This document shows positions 16,252 through 26,918 of a DNA stretch of 36,679 nt, in pieces. The first letter of the stretch is position 1, and every line of letters starts with the position of its first letter. The notes below the pieces were generated by a model that searched no databases, was not told the DNA's origin, and was given only the letters and a program-made list of their open reading frames with translations. The stretch is from a virus (lineage: Duplodnaviria > Caudoviricetes), in IMG/VR virus record IMGVR_UViG_3300025084_000090, positions 1 through 36,679 of that record. One strand, given 5' to 3'. A program made the position numbers and the translations under genes.

Positions 16252-19200
16252 TGGGTTTTCACCTTTTTGATGAAAACGAAGAAATGGATTTTATCTTAGG
16301 TAATACCTATGATGATTTACAAATTGGTCAACTAAATACACAGTTTGCATTACAACCTCAAGTTGCATCTGAATTAGAAAAAGTAACTGAAAAATTCCAA
16401 GTACCTGCAGATATAGCTTTACCTTATGTTTTAGCAGGAGGTACAGCTGAAGCAGATACTATGAAACAAATTGCAGATGATGTTGCCTATAACCGTGCTA
16501 AAAAAGAAGCTGTTGTTTGGGAAGAACTACAAGACAAATATCAATACGAAGCTTTAGAAGATAATATGAAAATGACTTTAGGTACAGTACTTAAAGGGGA
16601 TGCACAAATAGGTGTATGGGCATTTGCAGGATTAGATGCATTATTCCAAACATTTGGACCATCAGGTAAATGGTCTGTTGCTGCTAGTGCTGTTAACACA
16701 GTAATGCCTGGACAACCTATGGTTGTAGGTAGGTCACAAGCATATCTAAGAGATTTAAAAGAATATGATGATATGTTGCAAAAAGGTTACACCAAAGCTG
16801 AAGCACAAGCAAAACTACAAATTGATGTATCTTTTACTGAAGTAGAAAATATTGGTAAAGATACTAACTTAAAAGGTGATATACGTAAACATCTTGCCAT
16901 GATGAAAGAAGCTAATGATATGGGTGGAGAAGCTGTGTTATTTAACATGATGCGTCAAGTAGCTAATGGTAAACCAGTTAACTTTGACAGAGGTACAAAA
17001 ATAACTTTAGAGTCTGTTAAAGCAGAAGATACACCTTACTACGTTGATTTAGTTAATAATTATGGTTATACACCAGAAGAAGCTCGTAAATTTATTTATA
17101 ATAAAATTGGTGAGCCAATTAAAAACTTTGATGAGAATGGTGAAATTAACTACACATCAAATGTAAAACCAAATCAAATTAATTTTTATGCAGGTAGAAG
17201 AAAACAAAAGTATTTTTTTATGGGTGACAAAATGGAACAAGACTTATACAAAGAAGATTGGACCGATAAAAATATACTTATGGAATACTCTCCAGGTAAA
17301 GTACATACTGGACAAATATACGAACCAGGTACTAGACAGTTTGATTTAGCATCTGGACTTATTGATGCATCATATCAAATAGTACCTGAGTTATTAGCAG
17401 GTAAAGGTATTAAAGGCGTAAGAAATTTAAGAAAAGGATTTACACGTGTTAACAAAGCTATGGAGTTATCACAACAATTAGGTCGTGTTAAAAAAAGTGG
17501 TAAGTTACAAAGTCTTAGTCCTTTGTCTGTTGCTAATCAAATTGCTAAAGAAGCTGCAGGAGAAGTAGACCCATTTATTGGTAAAGGTAACTTTAGTAAT
17601 ATAACAAATGCTAAAACAGGTAAGTTAAAATCATTAGATGAAGTAACAGTATCTAAAAGAGATATATACACATCAACACGTAAAACAAATAAAGAACATA
17701 CTTTTTTCGGTAGAGTACCAAGATTATTTCAAAATACTAAAAAAGAAATACTTAATGACCCTGTAATGGTTGATTACTGGAAAGCTTTAGCAGCAACAGG
17801 TGTTGATGATTTAGCTTCTATATCTACTAATCCAATGTTATCTAAGATGCATCCTTCAATATTAAATGAAATTGCTTTAGAAGGTGACTGGAGAAAAATT
17901 AGAAAGATGCACGGAGACATGATGGATACAGGTTATGCCATTAAAGATGAAGCAGGTAATGTTAATAAATATAAGATAGAACAGTTTTATCAAGATGGTA
18001 GATTACCAGTACGTGGTTCTTTTGTTCTTAATAAACTTTTAAGAAATACTGCTAAAAAAGGTACACAGTTACAACAAAAAGGTGGAGTCTATGGTAATAC
18101 TGTAGGGACAGCTTTATCTGCATTAGGTAATGAAAAAGCTGCATATCGTAGTGCAGGTGGTTACTTAGGAGAAAAAGCACGTAAAGGTAGAGAAACTTTA
18201 GGTAAGGTAGTACCTTTTTCACCAGAAAGAAGATTTAGAAAATTAATAGACCCTAATGATGTAGATGGAAAAGTTTTAGATGATTTAGATTCTTTAGGTA
18301 ATAACATTGGACCACAAAAAGCTTTAGATAAAGTTGGTGGACCTCAACTAGAATTTGAAAAATATTTAGGTTTTAGTTCTAACTTTAACTCTACATACAA
18401 TCCATACTATAGAAAGTTACTTGGTTTTATACCTGAGCAGGGAATACCTCTTAACAGTTTACAAAATGGTTATACGCAATTAGTAAGTCATTTACAAATA
18501 AACGGCTATAGCCAAAGAGATATGTCTCGTAGATTAAAAGAATTTTTAGATTTAGATTTTAATGATAAAAGAAGTATTCGTGAATTTACTAAAGTACAAG
18601 CCGAAGAAGATTTAGCTTTAGTAGCTAAACGTGGTGGACAATGGGAATATGTTGTTAAAGCTACTAATGAACAATTTAAAGGAATTGAAAAATCTAAAAT
18701 TTATGCAGCAGGTAGAAATAAAAAGATAATACCTAACACAGGTAGTGGATATGAAATGTACACAATCAAAGCACCTGATGGTTCTTCTGTAAACATGCCT
18801 ATGATGACTGGTTCTATGTTTTCTGAAATGACAGACAACATTGCTCCGTTATTAGATTACAGAATTATACAAGGCTCAATGAGTCGTATGTTTAAAGCTT
18901 ATGATAAAGATGTTGAAATACAAAATGTAATAATTAAAAATATTAGTGATGCATGGGAGTATGGTAAATATAAAGCTAATCAAGGTTTTGGAGATGCTAC
19001 TAGAGTTAATCCTTATGAAAAAGGTGTAATTAGTGTAAAAAAATTAGAAGATGACATGGTTACTAACATGCTTAGTTTTTATACACGAAACGTATTTAAG
19101 CCATTAGTGCTTGCACGACTTGCTTTTTTTACTCGTGTATTCTTAGAAGAACAAGCACGTATTGCTACAGCAGGTTTATCAGGTTTATATAACCATCCTT

Positions 19201-21941
19201 TTAAATATGTACAATGGTTAGCTTCACATAATCCTAATTCAAAATTAGCAAAGTTACCTTTTATTAAAGGTGCAGAATACAATGATGATGGAGTACAGTT
19301 GTTACAATCGTTAGAAGCTATGGAAGCTGCTAAAAATAGTTTTAAACCTACTCAATTAATTGGACCTAGTTCTAAAAACAAAAGACATACAGAATATTTA
19401 GCTAAATCAAAAGCAGAGTTAACACAGAAAAAATATGCAAAACATATGTTCTTTGAATTAATGTCTTTACGAAATGACCCTCTTGCAAGAAAAGTTGCAG
19501 AGTTTGGTCATGGCTCTAAAGAATTAAATAAATGGTTAGCATCACCAGCTGGTAGGTCAGCAAGAATGGACTTGTTTAATTATGGTGGTAACAAATGGCA
19601 AGAAATTATTAAAGATGGTGATTTCTTAGACCAACATATACAGTATCTTGAAACAAGAATACGTATTAAATCTGGTGGAAACATTGATTGGCAAAAAGAT
19701 GCTATCAAACAAAAAGGTGGTAAGTATAGATATAAACTTGAAACAGAAGAACTAGGTAATATTGATTTACGTAATGCTATAGCTAAAGGAAAACTCTTAG
19801 ATAGAAATGGTAAAGAGTTAGATTTTTACGAAAATGCAGATAAAACATTAAGTGGATTTAAATTAAAACCAATTATGGACGAGTTTGAGTATTTGTTATC
19901 TGGTGGATTAGATGTTGGTGACGTTAAAGTTACTAGAAATATATTAGATGAAGCTGACCAAGGAAGTCTTGCACAGATTGAAGAAGGACTAGATGCTGCT
20001 TTCCAGGTATTGTTTGATAATCTTATGACTAAACCTATTGGTTATTTAAATAGGTCTCCTGTTTTTGTGCAATACAGATGGGATTATATCTCAAGTAATT
20101 TTAATAAATATAGCCCTACACTACAAAAGAAATTTATTAAAGAAGCGCAATCACAAGCAGTACCTAATTCAACTTTAAGAGAACTCAAAGGATTAATGGC
20201 TACACATAAAAAAGGAAAGATAGCTGATTATGATGTTATTAATGTAGAAAGTAAAGCATTTGGGTTAGCAATGGTTAAAAACTTATTGTATGATACAAAA
20301 CAAAAACACGCTATATCAGATAAATTATTAAACATATTTCCTTTCGCAGAAGTTTGGTTTGAAGTATTCCAAACATGGGGCAAGTTATTAGTAGAAAATC
20401 CTACTGTGTTACGTAAAGGTCACGTTGCTTTGCGTGGAGGTACATCTGCTGATGCATTAGGTAGTAGTTCTGAAGATGGATTCTTTTCTCCTGACCCAAG
20501 AAATCCAGATGATGATATGTTTGTATTACCATTTGGTGGGCATTTATCTAGTCAGATTTTTGGTGATGATTCTAATACACGTATATCACCGAGAGGTTAT
20601 GTACAAGGTGTTAACTTATTAGGACAAGGATTTGTACCTGGACCTAACCCATTAGTAGGATTTGCAATAAATAAACTTATACCAAAACATGGTACAGTTT
20701 CTGAATTAATTAGAGAACAAGCTTTTGGTGATTTTCCTCCACCAGAAGATGTTGGAGATATTGTAGCTATATCACCTGTATATAAAAAATTAAGAGCTTC
20801 TTGGGTAGATGAAGAAAATTTTGAAGTAATAACTGATGACAGTAAAGAAATATACAGAATGCGTGCTAATGCTACTAATGATTTATTCAGATATGGTATG
20901 GCATCAGGACAGAATAAAAAACTATACAAGGAAGGTAAATTAAATACTTATCTTAATGAATTGTTTCCTAATCAATGGACACCAGATAGTGTTACACAAA
21001 AACAAATAGATGAAGCATATATGGAATATGCTAAAGAAAAATCAGGTACATTATTTAGAATGCAGTTTTGGTATCAATTTATAGGTCCTACTGGTTTTAA
21101 ACCAGAGTATTTCTTAAAAGATGAAAGCGGTAAGTTATGGGGACAAGCTGTATTATTTGAGGAATACAATCGTATCAAAGAAGAAAATGAAGGTAATGAT
21201 ATTGCTACATATAATGAATTTTTTGAACTATATGGTGTAGAACATCCTTGGTTAATGAGTCCTAAATCACAATCAGAAATAGGTAGACAAGCTTCTAGTG
21301 TACGTGTACAAAAAGTACAAGCAGAAAATCCTGAAGTATTTAAACAACTTAAAGTTAGTGGTTATTACTTAAACATAGACAATCCTAACGAAGAAAAAAA
21401 TTGGAATGATGTAGTTTATGACAAAAACTTATTATCACCTGACCAATACCGTAGAGGTGTGAATGATACAATAGGTTTCTTTAGGTATAAATCTTATTCG
21501 AGAAACTTAGATGCTTTAGATATTGGATATGAAAAGAAAACTTTATTAAAAAGAGTTTACAGAGAAGAACTAAAACAAGCACTTCCAGGGTTTCAAGCAG
21601 ATGAATATGGTTTAACTACACCTCCTTCAACTAAAGATATATTTAATGAAATGCGAGAAAAGTGGAGAAACATACCTTATGTTATGGAACAAGACACAGG
21701 TAAAGGTTTTGCAGAGATAATGCCTTACTGGGAGGAAATGGAACAGATATCATTAGAGTACGGAACAGATACTTGGTGGTTAACATCTAATGATTCACAA
21801 GCTTTGAGTATGAGAATTTGGATGTATAATAAAGCACAACAAGTTATACAGGAATATCCTGAGTTTTGGGGTGTATGGAATGGAGTTATGTTAAAGTTAT
21901 ATAGAGATGACTTCGAGGTATTGGATTACATAGGCAAATAA
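16251..21941 (+). CDS. Very large putative internal virion / DNA-ejection protein
   Basis: 1896 aa, helical, in the structural module; no catalytic motif recognised. Confidence 0.6.
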   Translation: MGFHLFDENEEMDFILGNTYDDLQIGQLNTQFALQPQVASELEKVTEKFQVPADIALPYVLAGGTAEADTMKQIADDVAYNRAKKEAVVWEELQDKYQYEALEDNMKMTLGTVLKGDAQIGVWAFAGLDALFQTFGPSGKWSVAASAVNTVMPGQPMVVGRSQAYLRDLKEYDDMLQKGYTKAEAQAKLQIDVSFTEVENIGKDTNLKGDIRKHLAMMKEANDMGGEAVLFNMMRQVANGKPVNFDRGTKITLESVKAEDTPYYVDLVNNYGYTPEEARKFIYNKIGEPIKNFDENGEINYTSNVKPNQINFYAGRRKQKYFFMGDKMEQDLYKEDWTDKNILMEYSPGKVHTGQIYEPGTRQFDLASGLIDASYQIVPELLAGKGIKGVRNLRKGFTRVNKAMELSQQLGRVKKSGKLQSLSPLSVANQIAKEAAGEVDPFIGKGNFSNITNAKTGKLKSLDEVTVSKRDIYTSTRKTNKEHTFFGRVPRLFQNTKKEILNDPVMVDYWKALAATGVDDLASISTNPMLSKMHPSILNEIALEGDWRKIRKMHGDMMDTGYAIKDEAGNVNKYKIEQFYQDGRLPVRGSFVLNKLLRNTAKKGTQLQQKGGVYGNTVGTALSALGNEKAAYRSAGGYLGEKARKGRETLGKVVPFSPERRFRKLIDPNDVDGKVLDDLDSLGNNIGPQKALDKVGGPQLEFEKYLGFSSNFNSTYNPYYRKLLGFIPEQGIPLNSLQNGYTQLVSHLQINGYSQRDMSRRLKEFLDLDFNDKRSIREFTKVQAEEDLALVAKRGGQWEYVVKATNEQFKGIEKSKIYAAGRNKKIIPNTGSGYEMYTIKAPDGSSVNMPMMTGSMFSEMTDNIAPLLDYRIIQGSMSRMFKAYDKDVEIQNVIIKNISDAWEYGKYKANQGFGDATRVNPYEKGVISVKKLEDDMVTNMLSFYTRNVFKPLVLARLAFFTRVFLEEQARIATAGLSGLYNHPFKYVQWLASHNPNSKLAKLPFIKGAEYNDDGVQLLQSLEAMEAAKNSFKPTQLIGPSSKNKRHTEYLAKSKAELTQKKYAKHMFFELMSLRNDPLARKVAEFGHGSKELNKWLASPAGRSARMDLFNYGGNKWQEIIKDGDFLDQHIQYLETRIRIKSGGNIDWQKDAIKQKGGKYRYKLETEELGNIDLRNAIAKGKLLDRNGKELDFYENADKTLSGFKLKPIMDEFEYLLSGGLDVGDVKVTRNILDEADQGSLAQIEEGLDAAFQVLFDNLMTKPIGYLNRSPVFVQYRWDYISSNFNKYSPTLQKKFIKEAQSQAVPNSTLRELKGLMATHKKGKIADYDVINVESKAFGLAMVKNLLYDTKQKHAISDKLLNIFPFAEVWFEVFQTWGKLLVENPTVLRKGHVALRGGTSADALGSSSEDGFFSPDPRNPDDDMFVLPFGGHLSSQIFGDDSNTRISPRGYVQGVNLLGQGFVPGPNPLVGFAINKLIPKHGTVSELIREQAFGDFPPPEDVGDIVAISPVYKKLRASWVDEENFEVITDDSKEIYRMRANATNDLFRYGMASGQNKKLYKEGKLNTYLNELFPNQWTPDSVTQKQIDEAYMEYAKEKSGTLFRMQFWYQFIGPTGFKPEYFLKDESGKLWGQAVLFEEYNRIKEENEGNDIATYNEFFELYGVEHPWLMSPKSQSEIGRQASSVRVQKVQAENPEVFKQLKVSGYYLNIDNPNEEKNWNDVVYDKNLLSPDQYRRGVNDTIGFFRYKSYSRNLDALDIGYEKKTLLKRVYREELKQALPGFQADEYGLTTPPSTKDIFNEMREKWRNIPYVMEQDTGKGFAEIMPYWEEMEQISLEYGTDTWWLTSNDSQALSMRIWMYNKAQQVIQEYPEFWGVWNGVMLKLYRDDFEVLDYIGK

Positions 21942-23231
21942 ATGGCAACAAAAGAAGAAATATTAAAACTATTAGCTGAATATTCTGACATGATGGGTGA
22001 AATACCTGACACAGGTGTATACAATATAGTAACCGTTATAAACAATTTAGAAGATAACATATACTTTTCTGATAAACCAGAGTTATATGCTGAATTAAAA
22101 CAAGCTAACGCTGATAAAGATTTAGTTAAAATGCAAGAAGTTTTAGATAAAGCTACTGGTTCTAATGCTGGTGTGTCTTATGAAGTTGAACAACTTGAAA
22201 AAGAAAAAGGTATGCAATTACCTGATGCACAACGCGAAGCTTTAGACCAACAAATGAAAGAAATAGATAAAGGTATTGATAATGGCTCTTTAAATCCTGC
22301 ATTAGCTAATGAAATGAAACAAGATATTATAGATGAAGCTTTTCTTATTGACCCAGAAGAAGGAACTAATCTTGTAACTGGAGAAGATGGTAAAAAAACT
22401 GTATCTACAGGATATTTTTCTACAGTATTACATTCACATATCTTTGCACAAGATGCATCTGTACCAGAAATAGTACAATTTCAAAACTATTTAATTGAAA
22501 ATGGTCTAGCAACAAACATGGATTTTGCTGGTACTAAAGGATTATATAGTGATACATTAAAACAAAAGATACAAGAAGTAATGTTATGGGCTGATTCAAA
22601 CTTAGATGCTGGAGCTGGTACATCATTACATGAAAAGATTATGAATCAACCTCCATTGTTTTTTGCTGATGTGCAGTATCAAGAAATGGATTTATCTTTT
22701 GAAAGAAACTTATTTGGTCATGCAGTAGAAGAAATGTCTAGAAGAAAAGCTGCTGGTGATGATATTAGTTTATCTGAAGAAATTGAAGCTATGGCACAGC
22801 AGTACATACCTCCTAAACCTAGTGTGTTAGAAGATATGGTTGAGTCATACTTTGTTGCTAATACAGGTAGAAGTCCTACTGCTAGTGAGTTAAATGATTG
22901 GTCAACAGCTTTAGCAAGTAGTTATTCTGAATCTTATACACAAGCTGTAACATTTATGGAAAAATCTGCTGAATGGAAATTAACAGGTAAACCTACTTAC
23001 ACTACACAAGCAGGTATAGACCCTATGACAGAACAACCTAAAACTACATTTACACAAACAGGTACAGAATATAACTTAGATGAATTATCACAGTATAAAC
23101 CTATGACACCTGCAGAAATATTTGAAGCTAAATTTGAAGAAGAACTTGAATCTGATATAGATGCTTTTGCAGCTGGTAAAGAAATGAAAGAAATGCAGAA
23201 TAAACTTATGTCTGCTATGTACGGAGGATAA
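21942..23231 (+). CDS. Putative internal virion protein
   Basis: 429 aa acidic helical protein coupled to its neighbours; weak peptidoglycan-binding-like segment (VQFQNYLIENG). Confidence 0.5.
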   Translation: MATKEEILKLLAEYSDMMGEIPDTGVYNIVTVINNLEDNIYFSDKPELYAELKQANADKDLVKMQEVLDKATGSNAGVSYEVEQLEKEKGMQLPDAQREALDQQMKEIDKGIDNGSLNPALANEMKQDIIDEAFLIDPEEGTNLVTGEDGKKTVSTGYFSTVLHSHIFAQDASVPEIVQFQNYLIENGLATNMDFAGTKGLYSDTLKQKIQEVMLWADSNLDAGAGTSLHEKIMNQPPLFFADVQYQEMDLSFERNLFGHAVEEMSRRKAAGDDISLSEEIEAMAQQYIPPKPSVLEDMVESYFVANTGRSPTASELNDWSTALASSYSESYTQAVTFMEKSAEWKLTGKPTYTTQAGIDPMTEQPKTTFTQTGTEYNLDELSQYKPMTPAEIFEAKFEEELESDIDAFAAGKEMKEMQNKLMSAMYGG

Positions 23232-24535
23232 TGGCTAGAGACCCTAAAGCAGACCCATATTACAATCCAGAGTTTTCACCAGAAATTAACGAAGTTACTA
23301 ATGACTTTGTTTACAAAAAAACTGGTAAGCAAACTACTGGTGACGCAATCATAGTTAGACCTAGAGGAGGTAGCTTTGATGTATTATTAATCGAAAGAAA
23401 AAGAGGACCTCATCAAGGAGGACTTGCTTTACCTGGTGGTTTTAAAGAAGGTGCAGATTCTGTAGAAGATTTTGTTGCTAGAGAAGCTTTGGAAGAAACA
23501 GGTTTAACAAACAAAGATATTAAAGAAACAATAGATTTACCTACAAAAACAGATAGATTTGATTGGGACGTAAGGTTTGCTGATGGTGTAGATGTAAGCG
23601 GTAAAATATTTATTGTAGATGATAGTTTTATTCCTAAAGCTGGAGATGATGCTGTATCTGCAAAGTTTGTTCCAGTAGAAGATATTGCATCAGGAAAAGT
23701 TGATATTGCTTTTTTACATAGTGAATGGATATATGATACATCTCAAAAATTAGATAGTAATTATTCTGGAACTTCTGAGTTACAAGAAATTGTAGCAAAA
23801 GATAGACAACGTAACAAAAATTTTATGCGTGAAATAAATGATAAACGTGCATTAGATAGTCAACCATTAATGACAATAGACGACAGTACACCAGTTAGAG
23901 ATGCTGCAAGAGAAAACTTTGTAAAAAATTACATTGCAGATAATCAAGATATAGACCCTAAACTAGCTAATGAAAGAGCTTTGATAGAATTTGATACTAG
24001 GTATAGTTTTGCAATAGACCAAGCAACAGGTAATTACCCTGCAGGTATGATAGAAGCAGGTACTTGGGATTATACAGATTACACAAAAGTAGCTAAAAAA
24101 TATGGTGTAAATCCCCAACAACTAGGTGGTCTTTTAGGTAGATTAGGTGCAGGTGCGTTAGACCCTGTATCAGAAGCTTTAGAAGTTGCACTAGGAAAAA
24201 TAGGTTTAGGTAAAGTTGCTAAAGGTTGGGTACAAGGAGAAGTATTAAACTTAATGGCAGGAGCATTACGTGGTTTAGCACAAGGTGGTGGTAAATATTT
24301 AGCTGAAACTACTGGACCAGCTGTAATGAATTTATCAGCAGGTAGACAAGTTGTACAAGGTAGTGAAACTCCTGGTATAGATGCTTTAATATCTGGGTTA
24401 GAAGGATTTGCAGACCAAATGGAATATTCCCCTAGCTACATAATAGATGAAAAAGTAAAAGAAAAAACTGGTAAGTATGGTGGAGAGCATCTTAGAGCTG
24501 CTGCTTCTAGACTTGGAAAGACAATTACAAAATGA
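23231..24535 (+). CDS. Nudix hydrolase (ADP-ribose pyrophosphatase-like) fused to a Gly/Ala/Leu-rich helical region
   Basis: VLLIERK..P..G.LALPGGF..., REALEETG Nudix box, AGDDA and IAFLH motifs. Confidence 0.88.
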   Translation: MARDPKADPYYNPEFSPEINEVTNDFVYKKTGKQTTGDAIIVRPRGGSFDVLLIERKRGPHQGGLALPGGFKEGADSVEDFVAREALEETGLTNKDIKETIDLPTKTDRFDWDVRFADGVDVSGKIFIVDDSFIPKAGDDAVSAKFVPVEDIASGKVDIAFLHSEWIYDTSQKLDSNYSGTSELQEIVAKDRQRNKNFMREINDKRALDSQPLMTIDDSTPVRDAARENFVKNYIADNQDIDPKLANERALIEFDTRYSFAIDQATGNYPAGMIEAGTWDYTDYTKVAKKYGVNPQQLGGLLGRLGAGALDPVSEALEVALGKIGLGKVAKGWVQGEVLNLMAGALRGLAQGGGKYLAETTGPAVMNLSAGRQVVQGSETPGIDALISGLEGFADQMEYSPSYIIDEKVKEKTGKYGGEHLRAAASRLGKTITK

Positions 24536-25758
24536 GTTACAAAGTAAAATCAGATAAATCAGCAGAGCTTATGTACATAGCAGATACTGGTGAGTACAAA
24601 ATTATAGTAGATGTTGGCGATACAATATACGTATTTGATACACCAGGTGGTTCTACATTGTCACAATTAACTGACTACCAAATGGTTGAAGGTGAGAATG
24701 AAAAGAAAGTTAGAACAAAACTTGGTATTTATGTAACAGATAACAAAACTTTTAACTCTGGATTTTACAACAATGATAGATTAGTAAGCGTTCCTATAAA
24801 CGTTAATCAAATAACACCTGCTATAGCTGATGATGCTAATGATGTGTTAAAAGGTTTCTTTGATGGACAAAAGAACATGATAGAAATTTATGGAGCATCT
24901 AATGATTTATGGACAGACCCAGAGTACTTAGCTGAAATAGCATCACTTACGGCACAAAATGATGGGGATGTTGATGCAGCTGTAGAAATGTTTGAAGGAA
25001 CACCTGCTTATGGAGGTATCTTAGAAAGATTAGAAGTATCTGAATCAGAATTAAAAGCACAACAACTCTTAAGGTCAGACCCATTAGGTTTTGGAAACAT
25101 ACGAGAAGGTAACATATTAAACCTTGAAGGTGCAGTACAAGCATCAGGAGGAAGTATTCCTACAGAAGCTGTGCATTATTTAGCTGACTTAGTTACTAAA
25201 GGTATTATGACATTAGATGGTGCTAAGAGAAATATCATAGGTGCAACAGATAAATATAGTACTTATGCAGATAAACTTGATGCAGGTTTTGTTGGTGTAT
25301 TAGAAGGTAAAGATATAACTTTAACGCAAACTGGTGAAGAAGATGTACAAACTTTATTAGATACTTACTTACCTTCTTACTTACACGGAACTATAGATAT
25401 ATCTAAAGAAGCAGGTAAGATACGTGCTAATCCAGATTATGAAGATACACTTGTTGCAAGTATGAAAAAATCTAGGTTTGCTGATTACAACATGTATGAC
25501 GAAGATGTTAACTGGAATGTAATCTTAGCTGGTAAAAAACAACTGTATAAAAGTATTATGGGTAGCGAACCTAAAGAAGATGACCCTGCATTAGATGCAA
25601 TCATTAGAATGAATGATACAGGTAAAGCTACATCCTATCTCAGAGAAATAGGATTAGAACAAGGTAATCAAACTGTTATGGCTGATAGAGATAAAGCAGC
25701 AATGGCAGCATTTGGTGATGGTACAGTAAGAAGTCAAGCATATGTGGAGAATAGATAA
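24532..25758 (+). CDS. Putative internal virion protein
   Basis: 408 aa; position in the structural module; ATGA coupling. Confidence 0.5.
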   Translation: MSYKVKSDKSAELMYIADTGEYKIIVDVGDTIYVFDTPGGSTLSQLTDYQMVEGENEKKVRTKLGIYVTDNKTFNSGFYNNDRLVSVPINVNQITPAIADDANDVLKGFFDGQKNMIEIYGASNDLWTDPEYLAEIASLTAQNDGDVDAAVEMFEGTPAYGGILERLEVSESELKAQQLLRSDPLGFGNIREGNILNLEGAVQASGGSIPTEAVHYLADLVTKGIMTLDGAKRNIIGATDKYSTYADKLDAGFVGVLEGKDITLTQTGEEDVQTLLDTYLPSYLHGTIDISKEAGKIRANPDYEDTLVASMKKSRFADYNMYDEDVNWNVILAGKKQLYKSIMGSEPKEDDPALDAIIRMNDTGKATSYLREIGLEQGNQTVMADRDKAAMAAFGDGTVRSQAYVENR

Positions 25759-26711
25759 TGCCAGAAATATTTAGAAAAGATTTAGTAGGTTCATACAATG
25801 TAAGTGATTTAGAATATTACGGAGATGGTACTGAAGAAAACCCAGGGCTAATTAATGCTGGTTATTCTTTACAACCACAAGCTTATGATAGTGGTAGTAG
25901 TTCAGGACCTAAGTACAGTGCAGAAGAAGGATATTCAACAGGTACTGCTTTGTTCCCTTTCTTACCAGAAAAAGTACTTAAAGAATTTTCTAAACAATGG
26001 GCTAAATCTGGTGATGCACAAATTGCATTAGGTGCAACTAGACAAACATCAGATTGGAAAGCTGAGTTTGGATACTTACAAAGAGATGATGGTTCATTAA
26101 TAATGGATGAAATATCTGCATTATCTACTAAAGCAACATACAAACAAACATTATCTGAAGTAGGTATTAAAGATTTTACTGATTTTGAAGATGAATTTGA
26201 ATCTTTAATAACTAATGAAGTATCTGGTGCAGAGTTCCAACAGCGAATAGATGTAACTTACGCAGGTGTTGTTAATCAAATACCAGAAGTAGAAGCGTTA
26301 TTTAGAGATAGATATGATATAGATGTTGACGCACCTACAATATTTGGTGCTTTAATTAATCCAAAAATACAAGATAAAGTACTAGCAGGAGAAATACAAA
26401 CATTGCAACTACAAGCAGAAGCTAGTTCTAGAGGATTTACTACAACTTTTGCTAGATTCCAAGAACTAAAAAATAGAGGTTTAAGTCAAGAACAAGCTAG
26501 AGGTATTTATCAAACTGCTGGTTCAACAATAAGTCAAGCAGAATCTATTGGTAGAGAACTAGATTTAAGCACATTAGAAGAAGCTACATTAGGTGACACA
26601 AACGCTGCTAAAAGATTACAAAGAATATCTGCAGAACTCCAATCTAAACAAGGTATACAATTAGGTGCTGCAAAAATAAATGACGAAGTTACTGGACTTA
26701 TAGCAGATTAG
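25758..26711 (+). CDS. Putative internal virion protein
   Basis: 317 aa helical protein; position in the structural module. Confidence 0.5.
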   Translation: MPEIFRKDLVGSYNVSDLEYYGDGTEENPGLINAGYSLQPQAYDSGSSSGPKYSAEEGYSTGTALFPFLPEKVLKEFSKQWAKSGDAQIALGATRQTSDWKAEFGYLQRDDGSLIMDEISALSTKATYKQTLSEVGIKDFTDFEDEFESLITNEVSGAEFQQRIDVTYAGVVNQIPEVEALFRDRYDIDVDAPTIFGALINPKIQDKVLAGEIQTLQLQAEASSRGFTTTFARFQELKNRGLSQEQARGIYQTAGSTISQAESIGRELDLSTLEEATLGDTNAAKRLQRISAELQSKQGIQLGAAKINDEVTGLIAD

Positions 26712-26713
26712 TG

Positions 26714-26719
26714 TATAAT
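26714..26719 (+). promoter_or_regulatory. -10 element (TATAAT) for the scaffold/capsid transcript
   Basis: Perfect TATAAT just after the upstream stop and ahead of a ~200-nt non-coding gap. Confidence 0.6.
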
Positions 26720-26723
26720 AGAC

Positions 26724-26902
26724 ATTAAGCGTTGCGTGGTCCGCTAATAGACCTGCACCCAGCTTTCAAAGCCTACGTAGAAAGCTCGTATTAAAACCGT
26801 AGAGTAATGGACTTATAGCTTGCAGCTACCAGAGGGATAAGTCAAGTGGTAAAGGTAGCACCCCGATAGGATTGCCTATGGTCTTATCTGACAGGTTAAT
26901 AC
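26724..26902 (+). ncRNA. Candidate multi-pseudoknot RNA / structured leader
   Basis: Five stems and three loop-based complementarities found by eye (see findings). Confidence 0.6.
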
Positions 26903-26918
26903 ATAGTGGAGGTACAAG

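Noticed and set aside
16251-21941. Virion RNA polymerase call for the 1896-aa protein
   Set aside because: RNVFKPLV only partly resembles T7 motif B (no YG); no motif A/C context and no DFDGD found by eye
5660-26910. tRNA or tmRNA genes in the intergenic gaps
   Set aside because: No GTTCRA T-loop or cloverleaf found by eye on either strand; tRNAscan/ARAGORN were not run
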